Source of the DNA: Eimeria praecox
Taxonomy: Eukaryota
Length of the DNA: 64,000 nt
Assembly: GCA_963920595.1 (NCBI GenBank)
Contig: OY986948.1
Span: forward strand, 1,984,001-2,048,000
Reading direction: 5' to 3'
In this document: one piece after another, positions 34,064-46,700 of the stretch
How the letters are laid out: each line of letters opens with the position of its first letter
Numbering within the stretch: the stretch's first letter is position 1
Program-made: the position numbers and the translations under genes
Notes under the pieces: model-generated
What the model saw: only the letters and a program-made list of their open reading frames with translations
Database searches by the model: none
What the model was told of the DNA's origin: nothing

Positions 34064-34336
34064 GATGATATATGAAGATTAAATACGCTTAAAATCCAAT
34101 AATATCATAAAATAACAAGAAATAGAACTGTATATACACTCCAAAAGAGAGAGAGAGAGAGAGAGAGAAGCAATCTGTTCTATGTGCTTGAGATAACAAA
34201 ATCAATAGCAACTTCGTTTGTATACACAAACTCTAAACAATATTTCTTCTTATCAAGTATTTAATATAATACAGCAAAAAACAATTGCATGCAACAAACA
34301 CACTGCTGCTTCAGACTTCAGTGGGGGCTCCTTAAC

Positions 34337-34388
<52 letters not shown>

Positions 34389-35532
34389 ATTGTTGTTGTT
34401 ATTGCTGTTGTTGTTGTTGGTGCTGTTCTGTAGCAACAACATCTTCCTATGAATTAAATTATAATATTTATCCGAAACATTAATTTGTATTTTATTTTTA
34501 AAATTAAATAGGATATACAAATCAAATTAAATAATACAATGTTATACAATCATAACAGAACAGAGGCCCCCGTCATAGCAAATATAATATGCTTCTCTCC
34601 CCCACACTCTCACTGTCTTCATCTGCATTCTTAGATGAAGCAACAAAATATTTGTTGTTTATAAATATTAAAAACTATTTTTAATGCAATAATAAGATTA
34701 ACAAATCATACAAACACACAGATACTATCTAGACAGTGCGCGTTGCTGCCACGCGGTGGTGTACATACACCCCGTATAGTGCGACATGGCTTGACAGTTT
34801 GAATTTTTTGGAGTCGTAGACGTAATCTTATTATCAAATAATAATTTAAAGACTATCTACAATTAAATATACTATGCTAGTCCATGCATACAGCGAAGAG
34901 TGTGTCTACTCTATGCTCTTCTGTTTCTTAACCTAAGATAACAGGAGATAGGAGAGAGAGGGTTTGCTGTGTTTGACGAGCTCTGTTTGTAGATCTTATA
35001 CTCTCCTGTAGCTTGTTGTGAAGGCCTAAGGCTACAATTAAAGAACAACTAAGCCCTCAGTGTACATACACCCCGTTGCCCTCATCTTTCTCTCCTGTTT
35101 TTTTTTAATAATATGAGACTGAGACAGTTGCTGTAGCTCTGCACTCGTATGCTACTCCAGGGCCTTCGTCTATGTCTATGTACTTAATAGTTTGTATTTA
35201 TTCTTGTATGTAGATTATCTACAAATATTCAAATTTGTATTTCTTATAACATCAATATAATCCTATAGAGGAGCAGATGATTGCCTCCTTAACATAAACA
35301 AACAATCTTTGGGAGTTGTTGTATATAATTAAATATAAACAAACAATCTTTGGGAGTTGTTAGGTAGATAATTAAATAGTATAGAGCTCTATGTAAGCAT
35401 CTAACCACGTCTTCAATCTACAGACACAATGAATACAAAGACAGAAGGGCTTAAACATCATAAACAACGAAAGACGCGAAGAATTTGTTACGATGATATC
35501 TTTTCTAGCTTTTGTTTGCTGTAAGAACAACG

Positions 35533-35585
35533 CGCATGCATGCATGCATGCATGCATGCAGCCCCATGCATTTTGCTGCATGCAT
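35533..35585. repeat. Tandem TGCATGCA palindromic octamer cluster (a candidate ApiAP2-type motif and a known Eimeria repeat)
   Basis: GCATGCATGCATGCATGCATGCATGCA at 35533-35560, plus copies near 35577, 35657 and 33418. Confidence 0.85.
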
Positions 35586-35834
35586 TAAAGCTATAGACTT
35601 TCTTTCTCAACATATGAGTAGTTGCTATCATCAACCAGCCCCATAATATAAAACACATGCATGCAGCAGCTTCAGCGATATAAACCTACGTCTTCTTCTT
35701 ATTATTCAGCAAGCAGCATTGTCCCTAATACATCTAACTGTTTAACAAATAATTGATTGATAGACAAGATCAGGGCTTCTGTGGGGCTTGATGCTAGGGA
35801 ATTATATATATATATATATATATATATAGGTATG

Positions 35835-35870
<36 letters not shown>

Positions 35871-36730
35871 AAGAGAAAATACAGAGACTCTGCAATATTT
35901 CTGACTGTCTCATCATGCATATAAAAATAAAAAACTGTTTGTAGATTTTTCTGTAGTTATCGTATGTAGCTATTTATACTGAGTACGTTCAAATAATAAT
36001 GAGATTGTTGTGGCCTCTCTCATAATCCTCCATGAAGAACATGCGGTGTACGTACAGCTTGATATTGTTGTATTTCTTAGTAACCTCGAGAAGATGCGGG
36101 AAGGCAGAGGAGGAGAGGAGGGGGGGGGGGGGGGGGGGGGAGAGGCGAGGGGTGTTTGGCTGTGATGATGACTGCTGGGGTTTTAGGCTGTTTTGTAAAA
36201 TTGATTTGTACGAAAGGTAGAAATAGTGTTTAGTGTTAAGATATTAGAGGAGATATTATAAAAGAAAGAAAGGGAGTTGTTTGTTATTATTTATTCTCAC
36301 ATAACAAGTTAGATAGGTGTATATATTTTTGATAGGTGTTTATTTATTCTTTTCTTCTTTGTCTTCTCTGTTTAATTTATTATTTTATTTTTTTTTTTAA
36401 TTTTTCTTCTCTTTATTATCATTTCTTTCTGTTGCATCTCTCTATAAGACTTTCTTCACAGACAAATCAATACAGGAGAATACGAGAGAGCTCAGATTTG
36501 TTTTAAGTCTCTCGGGTTTATCTCCGTCCTTTCTTCTATCTGAGATTAAATATTTGAATCATTTGACGGCACCTTCTATTCTCTTTTACGTTTGCTTCTG
36601 TGTCAATGTAGGGAGGTTAAGAACGCTGTCTGTTACGTGTATATATTTATGTCTACATCTTTAAATATACACACTCAGATACTACTTCTTTATCCGCTGT
36701 TTTCTACATCCTTCCCTCTACCTACAACTA

Positions 36731-36771
<41 letters not shown>

Positions 36772-36772
<1 letters not shown>

Positions 36773-37362
36773 GATATAGATAGATAGATAGATAGATAGA
36801 TATAGATATAGATATAGATATAGATATAGATATAGATATAGATATAGATATAGATATAGATATAGGTATAGGTATAGGTATAGGTATAGATATAGATATA
36901 GATATAGATATAGATATAGATATAGATATAGATATAGATATAGATATAGATATAGATATAGATATAGATATAGATATAGATATAGATATAGATATAGATA
37001 TAGATATAGATATAGATATAGATATAGATATAGATATAGATATAGATATAGATATAGATATAGATATAGATATAGATATAGATATAGATATAGATATAGA
37101 TATAGATATAGATATAGATATAGATATAGATATAGATATAGATATAGATATAGATATAGATATAGATATAGATATAGATATAGATATAGATATAGATATA
37201 GATATAGATATAGATATAGATATAGATATAGATATAGATATAGATATAGATATAGATATAGATATAGATATAGATATAGATATAGATATAGATATAGATA
37301 TAGATATAGATATATAGATATAGACATAGATATAGATATAGATATAGATATAGATATAGATA
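36772..37362. repeat. About 590-bp (GATATA)n microsatellite at the end of the repeat-rich segment
   Basis: Near-perfect hexamer array, with a short GGTATA variant block at about 36865-36888. Confidence 0.97.
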
Positions 37363-37694
37363 TATGATGGGGATGCTCATGTACTGTTTGGGAGGTATTT
37401 CCTTTGGGATTGTGACTCCGTTGCAGATAGCTACGGTTCTCAGCTAATATCAACTACCGTCGTTAGATCATTTATGATAATATGAGTGAGAGGGTTCAAA
37501 TTGCTTGCGAGGTAAATGCCACTCGATTTATTCTTGTTCTATGAACTGCAGAACTAATTGCACAGAATAAAGAACATATTCACGCTCATATTGACGTTCT
37601 AATACCATAGACAATGAAGAGAGAAAACTGTAAAAATTGCATAGAAGACGAGTTAGGATCTACAACTGAACAGAGTTGTCTGCACCTGGAAACG

Positions 37695-37777
<83 letters not shown>

Positions 37778-39353
37778 CTGAGCTAGCCAACCATTGGAGT
37801 ATATCGAGGAGGAAGCACCACGAGAAGTAGCTGTCGCTCCCTACATTAAACACGGAGTTTTCCTGTAATCGTTTCATCTTTATTAGAGAAGAGTGAAGGA
37901 ACTACGGAAACTAACGTATCTGGTAACACACCAAATCAGATACCGGAAAGCCAGCAAACTGTTGCATCTGAGAGCTGATCACATACACCCCGAAGGTCTA
38001 ATAGTATACAGAGTTGAGGGCTCAACAGACCTAAAAAGTGCAATTAAATATTTATAACTTAACGAAGCTGCAGCCTCAGACATACCCACCAGCGTTCTTA
38101 TCCGCTGTACAGCAGGCGGGCGGTCGCTAGACATGAACAGACCATGAAGCACCATGGAGGGAACAATGTGGTTTTTTCCTTCACTTCGAGACAATAATGA
38201 GTAAAACTACATGATATGTTCATAGATTACTCTTTTCTCCCAAAATATACCGACAGATTTCCCCTCGGTTGCAGCCCGTTGTTGACTGCTGTGCGTGGGC
38301 TAGCGGCCGTGAGGCCGACCAGTCCTGCTTGGCGGCTACCGAAACTCTGGGCTCTGAGTAGCTTGAAACGAAGTCTCATCTATTTTTTCGTTTTCAATTT
38401 GGGATCTTTAAGCCACGGATTAGGATACAATTTCGACATATTTCCCCCTTGGGTGCTTGTGGGCGCCGCACGTTGGAAGGCGCGGCCGACAGCCATCACC
38501 GACAGTTTTTGTCGGGTTATCGAGGACAACGGCAACTCCAAAATCTTTTGAAGCATCAGCTCTGTTATCCTTGGAGGTATATTTGCAATAAGAAGGAACT
38601 GCAGGTAAAGTTGGGGAAGGCCAGCAGTTCCACTTGAGGGAATCCAGGGGGGCCCTCGAGTTGAATGCCAAGTGCAATATTGGATGAAGCTTGCTGCAAC
38701 AAAATCGACTAGTTATATCTCCACATCAATTGCAGGGGCCATCATCTGTTTGATTAGTTGCTTAGTCAACAGAGGCGGATATTGAACAGAGCTGCACTGG
38801 TAGTATGACTCGTCTAGCTCCTGTTGATTCATTCACCTCGGGAACAGTTGCCTAGGCGCATCTCTCCCCACCCGTTTTGTTTTGTTGTTTGTGGCATTTA
38901 TAGATATTTGAAGTTTGCACTGGATCCCTTATTCCTCCTGTTTGCTTGGTTAACAGCTTGGAAGTGAAGGGAAGTTGGCCCGCCGTTGCGGCAGCTGAGT
39001 GAAGATCTATTCGTTTACCCCGGTGTATGCGCAGCTGCAAAATGCAAACAGTTGGATCTCCAGACGAATATTCCTCTTCCCCCTTCGGGATGGGTCCTCA
39101 GGGATACCCTATGTCTACATCTTACCATCCGCATGATGGCCCTTCTCAACACCCAGGTTTGCTCACACAGCAGTAGCATTCACAGTCTCTATACACTCTT
39201 TCCCTGTCCTACACAGCCACATTCTTATCATTTCGTTTTGTAGGATCTAGTGTGTTGTGTTCTATGGCTAATCATTTGGACTTGCACTGTGGGGGGCTCT
39301 GCTGTTTTTCTGTATTCCCAGGGAATGTCGTGCAGGGGGAGACATATGAGGGA

Positions 39354-42300
39354 ATGGACCCTGCCTCAGCAGGACCTGTGGCGACAGTAGACGCTGAGCC
39401 GAAACGTCGGGTGACAGATCACAATTGGTTCTTAGCCTTTGTGGCATTTATGTTGTTGTGTTCCTTCTTTGTGTTGCTGGCTTTCACGGAGGGAAGCCCG
39501 GCGCGGTTGTATAAGGGAATGAACTACCAAGGAAAGACCTGCGGTGTAGACCCTGAGGTTCGAGATCTTCCTTATTTATACTTCCCTCTCGATCCTCGCG
39601 AATCCTTTGCCTCTATTATGACAAGCGACGCGCGCTGTGTAGCCAAGTGCCCTACTCAGGAAGACGTGGATAATGGACTGACTATCCCAACACCAATGAG
39701 AGAAACGAGCATCGATGGCTCGAAGACCTCTGTAGTTACAGCAGAATATCTATTGCTTTCCCCTGCTTATGCATCTACTCTCATGGCAGATGCATACTGC
39801 ATTCCTCTCGATCCTTCGCTCCGTTCACAGCTCGTTCCCGTTCTGAACAACACCTTCCGTCAGCTTCAGTTTGCTATTGGCTCCTTTGTCAATTCCTGGG
39901 GCTGTGTCTTTGGATATTTGCTCCTAGCGGTTTTCTTTTCTATCATTTTCTCCGCCTCCATCAGACTCTCTCCAGGACTGCTCTTCGGCTCTGCAGCTGC
40001 CGGAAGCATTGGTTTGGCTTTCTTGGCAGGGGGAGTTCTCATAAAGAGCGGTTTCTCTGGTGTACTAGACCAAGATAAAGGCAACTTCTACTCTCTTGAT
40101 TACGCCCTAGCTATGTTTGTAAGTCGTCTTGTCTGTGTAGAGCGCCTTCCTCACGATCCATTCTCGCTGCTCCGTCATTCATGAATTCCACTGCAATATA
40201 GAAGCAGGAACACATATCTCCTTGATAAACCCTGTGCTGTTTATTTTATACGTTGCTTCGTTCGTTCAGTATTCATTTCGTGTCTAATGCGCTTGAGTTG
40301 CATTGTGGTTTCAGGTAGGATTTGCGCTGCTAGCCATTGGTTGCTTTCTTCTGGCGGCGCTCTTCGTGGCTCGTCGTGCTATTGCGACTGCCTTGCGCGT
40401 TATGGAGTGTACAGCCCAGGCTCTTGGGGATATGCAGCAAGTATTTCTTACTCCTCTTTTCTTTTCTGCCGGTAAGCTCTTGGGCTGGCTCCATTTGCTA
40501 ACGGAAACGCATGCAGCATACAAAATCCATTGGGTAGTACGCTCTTCGAAAGACCTCCTTAGTCCCTCTGTTTGAATACGCCTCTGTTTAATTCTTTTAA
40601 TACTCATACGGCCCATTGTGCTCGTGTATTTGTGTTGTGTGTCCTGCAGCCACCATTGTCTGGGTTGGGCTGTGGCTTTGGGCATACGTGTACATGGTTT
40701 CTGCTGGAAGAGTGGGAGCGACAGAGGTGAGAAGCGGTGGACGGGTGGATGTTTGTTACTGCCAGTCTCAGCATGGCAAGCAGACGTCGGAATAGCCACA
40801 AATGCCAGCCAGAACAGTTTTCCATAAATAACAGGAGGTTCTTAGGCTACTACTTCTTGCGACATCCTCGTTTTGGTGTTCGTTGCAGATTCCAATGGGT
40901 TTGGATCAAAATGGCGACATCGGAATCCTTCCTTTGCACCGAGAGTTTGTGTGGGACGTTCGTTTCATGTTTTTCGGGGTGCTTTGGTGGCTGGCTCTCT
41001 TTTGGGTGGTCGAAGCATTGATGGCATTTGCACACTTCGTCATTTCTTACACGGCGACTGTATGGTACTTCTCACCCCCGGAAGGAGCAGACGAAAGGGA
41101 CGTGGGATGGTTCCCTCCCCTTGTGGCGATAGGGCTTGGCTCGATTCACCACTTGGGAAGTTTCGCAGTTGGCGGCCTCGTCATGGGGGTAACCCGACCC
41201 ATCAGGCTGCTGTTCCCGTGGGCAGCGACCAAGCACTTGGCTTCGACTGAGGATTTGCCTGTCGTTCAAAGCTTGAGGAGTAGCTTCCGTGAGCTTTACT
41301 GCCTCTCCATGCGTGCACAAGCAACTGTTCCTGCCACCCCTAGCCCTGCTCACGCAGGCGGCCTTAAGCAGGCGCTTAACCCCCATTACGCGCTACGTGC
41401 GCAGCCGTCTTAAGGGCTGATGTGTGTGCCTGTGATGCTAGGAAGCATTATGAGCCCGCTATCGTTCATCGTTGACAGGTTCACCTCTTCAGGGTACATC
41501 GAGGTGAGAAACTCTTCATGCTATGACTGACTGTCTACAGGCTGCAAATGTGAGGGGGGCTGTGGCACTGCGAATGCGTGCATACGACGGTTTCTCGTGT
41601 GTGTTGCCATACTGTTGAACATCAGATGTCCATTTCCTCCAAGCCATTCTTCCCCGCCATGGACAAGTCCTACATCCGCTTGAATCAAGCAAGGTCGCCC
41701 GCGACATATTTGCATGGGGTAACTTAAGTTCCTCTAGTTTTTGTTCGCTCCCCTTCACATCAATGGTTAGCGAAATATACGTAATGCAGTAGGCATTTGG
41801 GGTACGAGGTCATGCTATCCACAGCTATCTGTGTGCGTACACGTTTTCTGTTTCTTTTCAGGTTGTAGCCATTGCTTCTGCAATTGGTTCCTTATTTGTT
41901 TCCCTTCTGATTGGAATTATGATCTATTCCGTAAGTTTTCAAGTTTTCTAGCAAGAGGCCAGCTTAACTTCGAAACTTCTTCGAAACTTCTTGCAGGATT
42001 GTGAAGGTTCTAGACGGTTGCTAATGCGCAATGCATTTAAATTCGTGCGTTTTGTCTGTTAGACGCTAACTGCCACGGAGAAGTATTCATCCATTGCGTC
42101 GTCTTCCTTCGTGGCAGCTCCTCTCTGCGTCTCAATCTTCACCGCTGCAACAAGTTTCATGATTGCCTTGCACTCCATGTCGATTTGGGACATCGTCGCC
42201 GACACGTTCATGTACTGCTTTCTAGTTGAGTCTGTACAGCCACCCGGTACGGAAGACACACGTGCACTCGGTGTACAGCGCCGCTCAGGTTTAGGGCCTC

Positions 42301-42544
42301 TTGCCAGCGTTCTAGACTAGTGTAGCACCCACAGCTACTCTGTTGCCTCGGCAGCAGTATTCCACGCGCACGGACGCCACCAAGCACAACTCAACTGCTT
42401 TGGTCGTCTGTATTGTGTTTATGCCCGTTCAACCATGTGCTATGCTTCGCAGTGGTTGACGAGAACCCGCTCACGAAAGTGCACGCTCCCGCATGCCTCC
42501 GCGAGCTTCTTCTCAACGCACAGACAAACCAATATCATAGGTAA
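39354..42544 (+). CDS. Choline transporter-like protein (CTL/SLC44 family), multi-pass membrane protein, about 9 exons; start uncertain (possible micro-exon at 39133-39156)
   Basis: KRRVTDHNWFLAFVAF (family R-x-x-TD-TM1), PARLYKGMNYQGKTCG, PYLYF, RCVAKCP, RRAIATALRVM, WWLALFWVVEALMAFAHFVISYTATVWYF, HHLGSFAVGGLV, DRFTSSGYIE|MSISSKPFF, WDIVADTFMYCFLVE. GT-AG exons join in phase. Confidence 0.88.
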
Positions 42545-43107
42545 GCGAGGATCAAAAAAACGCTCCTGCATGCATAGTATCCGCGCATGCTTCCCCCACT
42601 CGCGAGTGGGACTTTGGCTTTAGTATTTAATGCTGCTTTAAGCATAGTGCAAAAGAAGCACAGACAGCACCGAATCATCTTATAGGGCATTTTCCCTTTG
42701 TAGTAGCGAGGACTACTCTCCCTTGTTGCTCTCTATGGCGGAAGCCCCCCTGTCCAAGTAGGGGCGGCCCCGACAAGTCGCATATGTACCTCTTCTTACG
42801 CAAAAATTACGGCTTTAAACTAATTTAGGGCTCGGCAGCGGCTGCACAGAAACCCAGCCGACCGCCCAGGCCATTTAGTTCGTATCGAATCGAGAAAGTT
42901 TTTTAACGACGCAACTTTGAAAAGCTTCGAAACTAAACACCACCTGTCTCGCACGAAGCGGTGCTGAAACAGCCGTGCCAGCAATATCTTCCACGGAAGG
43001 CACCCAACAAGCAGAGCAGCGGTACACGACTCTGATGAAAAATGGGGTGTCTGATTAACGCCGTGGGCATGATAATCGCACAGGAGGGGCTATCTAGTAG
43101 TGCAAAA

Positions 43108-43718
43108 TTAGGGGAGTGGGGCACCCCTCTGCGCTGTACTGATGATCTGTATTACAGCAGACCCCACAACAACAAAGAGGAAGACTGCCAATACTATCGG
43201 ACCCACGGGGTAGCCCTTTCCCTTCTTGTTCTTGCTTTCCGAGACATGCCCTCTCTTTGTGATGCTCCGATCAAAGGCTTCAATCTTCTTCGAGTACTTC
43301 CTGTTTGTGCCCTGCAACAATGCATGCGAAAGACTTAGCCAGGAAATGAAAAACACACATACATATTGCACCAAACCACCGTCAAACGAGGGGCTGCACG
43401 ATGGGGAATGATAACAAAAGAACCTCTTGACGACCAAATGGTAGCAGGCACATCCAACACAGCATAGACTCCGCATCCATCACAGCTTATGCTGAGCTTT
43501 GGAAAGACGTATTTCCTAATTTTGCAAGCGGTAGGGAACGCAAAGCAAAGACAAGTGTACTTCTGCTGATAGCCAACGAGCGAAAGCTGCCGAGTGCAGA
43601 AATGCAGTGTGGTTAGCCCGACAGCATGCGCTAGGAAGAGGCTCTCCAGGTTTATTAAGAAGCATTTTACGTATTCGGGTTATTTTCTGTCTCAGTCTTC
43701 CTGAGCGCTCACCGCCAT
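43108..43718 (-). CDS. RAMP4: RAMP4 / SERP1 stress-associated ER protein, 69 aa; exons 43718-43713 (Met-Ala) and 43311-43108
   Basis: GTNRKYSKKIEAFDRSITKRGHV…KGYPVGPIVLAVFLFVVVGSAVIQII is the RAMP4 signature. A start micro-exon CAAAATGGCG|GTGAGC joins in phase 0 to TTGCAG|GGC. Confidence 0.92.
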
Positions 43719-46700
43719 TTTGCCGCTGGGTTGGAGCCGCTGGAGAGTGTTCACAAAATGGCGGAAGAGATACGGGATGTTTCCTGCTGCAGGCCACTCA
43801 ATTCTGCAAAGGTACAAAAAAACCGCCTAATCTACTACTTTAACGAATACTATCAAAACATCGATGATGCAATGGCGCCAGCAAGACACGGCAACTGACA
43901 GAGAAAGACCCGACGGGAGCAGCGCGCGACAGAGCGCAAAGCCGCGGAGAGGTCCATGACCGCATACGTTTAATTTTCCAGATAGTTTTGCCAAAAATTA
44001 ATATATATATCACGAAGTAAACAAGATAAAGATATGAACTCGTGTGTAAAACCCACCTCACCCGTCCATGTTCTTCATGCATGGCTTTTGGACAAGCTAG
44101 GCTTTTTGCGGGTATTTCGGTTATATTATGGTTGACGGTAATGTGCAGCCATGTAACACTAATTGTGGTGCTCTGAGAGGCCGCTCAACAGTTTCAGCTG
44201 CTTACCATGACTAGCAACCAGCGATGGTATAAGAACTGTAGCTGATCTTTGGAGACTTACGAACTTTCTATCGGAAGTTCGTAAGTCAAAAGCTTGAACA
44301 TGCCTGCAAGTTCGCTGCATGGGGGCAAGTAAGTAATGAATGATTTTGTACAGTGTTAGTCCAAGCATGGAAAGCGGGCTTAGTCACCACTGCATGTGGG
44401 GCTATCTTCCACGGGGAGCTGTAACTCATGACAGGCCACCTCCTCTATCCACCTGCCACGGGCCCTTAGGTCCCTGAGCCCAGCACGCCTTATGGGTGCG
44501 TGTAAGGCCAGCTACTGTTCGGGGAAGCACCTTGACTGAATTGCCGTTCACGAAGGCCCGCGGCTAAGATCGAGGGCTCTCACCACTTGATGGCATCGCA
44601 TGCCAAAGGAGATATACACAAAACAGGGAAGCACTACCCCTGCATTCTGGCCTGCAGTAGTGATTATTCGTGAGGGCGCATTGCAAACAAATCTTTAGCT
44701 TTTTTTCGTAGCATCCTTGTGGGCATTCATCCCATTTCTCCTATCAAATGATGGAGAATGATCCGGGTCTGCCTTCCCGCGGAAAAGGTGGCCATAGGTC
44801 GGGCACTTCGTCGCACTGGAACGAATGCAGAATTCACAACCGCAACAGCATTCATGAAGGGTGTCTCCACCGTCGCCGACAGCCCAAGCATGATCGGCGT
44901 CGCGACGTGGGAAAAGAGGAGGGATTCCTTGCTTCTCTTAGGGCTCTACCTGCGTACCCAAAGAGCTGCAATTGCTAGTCACCCCCCCTTTGCAAGCAGG
45001 GGAGACAGTGGCCCTTCTTTTCCGGAGAGCTTCCGGCGTAACAAGTTTCCATTATAGAAGCTTTCCTAGGTGACCTGCTGTATAAGTTTACAGCAAGGCA
45101 AAAGAGCATACAACAGCAGACATAAGGAAACTCAAACATGGAAAGCTATCGATAAGGCGTTACACTGACAAGTATCAGCCCTTGTAAAACAGAAGCGCAG
45201 TGCTACAAGGTGGAACCCCCCGAGATGGTGGTGTTCTGAAGCATCAAAAGAGGGGACAAACGCCACTTTGACAGCCCTAATGGCAAAGGAAGGAAAGGCT
45301 TTGGGAATAACTCGGAGATGCAGCCCATCGATATTAGAGCTGTGAATGCTGGCCCTTCCTAGAAAAAAGTTGTGCAGCTAGAACGGATGGAAGCTGGCTA
45401 ATTCGGCACTCTGAGCGCCCGGGATAAAGGGAACCACATAACTCGAGGTCCCAGGATCTACGGAAGTTGAGAACACTGATAATGAGTAGCGCAAGCACAG
45501 AAACTAACAAAGCGATAACCGACATACCATGCAACTTGATGGGGCCAAAGCATGTGAAAGGGGAACCTGTATATCCGCTTTGAATCGACTGCTTGCTTGC
45601 ACAACTTTGTACTCACGTACAGGACCTTCTAGACCCGTACGCAAAAGGCTTCCATGTCAGTCTAATATCTGCGGCGAGGAAGTCAATCTGCTTATACATT
45701 CGTTTGCCCAGTCTGTGCGACGGTGTCTTGCCCATGGGAAAGGCGAAATGAAGAACGGTGAAGTTTTGAGCTTAAAGAGGTCGTCAATTTGTCATGTTAC
45801 AGGGATTCCACGCGAGGACTGTTCACGGAGTCATAATCCTGGGCATGCCGTGAGTAGATCAATGGAGGGTGTGCGTGAGGACTCCACTCTACCCTATTGC
45901 GGTATATTCGCCGGCGAGGAATGAAATGGTATGATTCCCAGAGGTGTTAAGAACATTTTCATCTTTCCTCAAGCAGAAAGAAACCGGGAGACTCCAACGT
46001 AGAGCAGAGGCGCCGCAGGGAGCGACAGAGTTACGCACGATCCTATGCTCGCTCGTATTGATGCCAAGTAGTCACGGACAAAAAAACATATTACTTTAAA
46101 AAGGCAACTATAGCGACAATCTTAAGGGGTTTCTGAGGATCATTTGCGAGAAGAAATAGCTCAGGGACATCAAAGCTTCTCCCTCAACTCAACGGAGGCT
46201 GCTATTCATAGTGTCGTGCAGAGCCACGTGTACAGTGGGGCTCAAATTTTTGCATCTACGCATTCCGCTGCCAATTGCTTTCCCATTGTGGTCTATGCCC
46301 GTTCCTGCGCCTAAAGATATTTTGAGGTAGCAGCCGATAATACCACCATTCTCAACAGTATTTGGTGCCGGGTAGAGTTGTCAGGATTCCCCACCTCACT
46401 CCAGCGCCTGCCGAAGCCGGTGACACCATATTTTTGTTCTGGTTGAGATGCCCCCATTGAAAAGTTTCTCTCACCACGGGTGCAAGGAGAGGAATGCCTA
46501 AATTGGGTAGTCTCCACCACACAAGCTTGCTGCAGCGAGATGCTCTCGAAGCAGCAACAGCAAATATAGCAGTATGGAGCTGGCACCTTCGTCGAATGTA
46601 AATATACAAGCATGTGGCTCTGCCGTGCAGCAAGACTTGCAGCCAGGGGTGCTGCGGTTCACGACGGTCCCCCTTTTCTGCGCGATAACCCCAAGCCCTT

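Noticed and set aside
36728..37453. 241-aa and 210-aa YL/YI repeat ORFs
   Set aside because: Translations of the (GATATA)n microsatellite.
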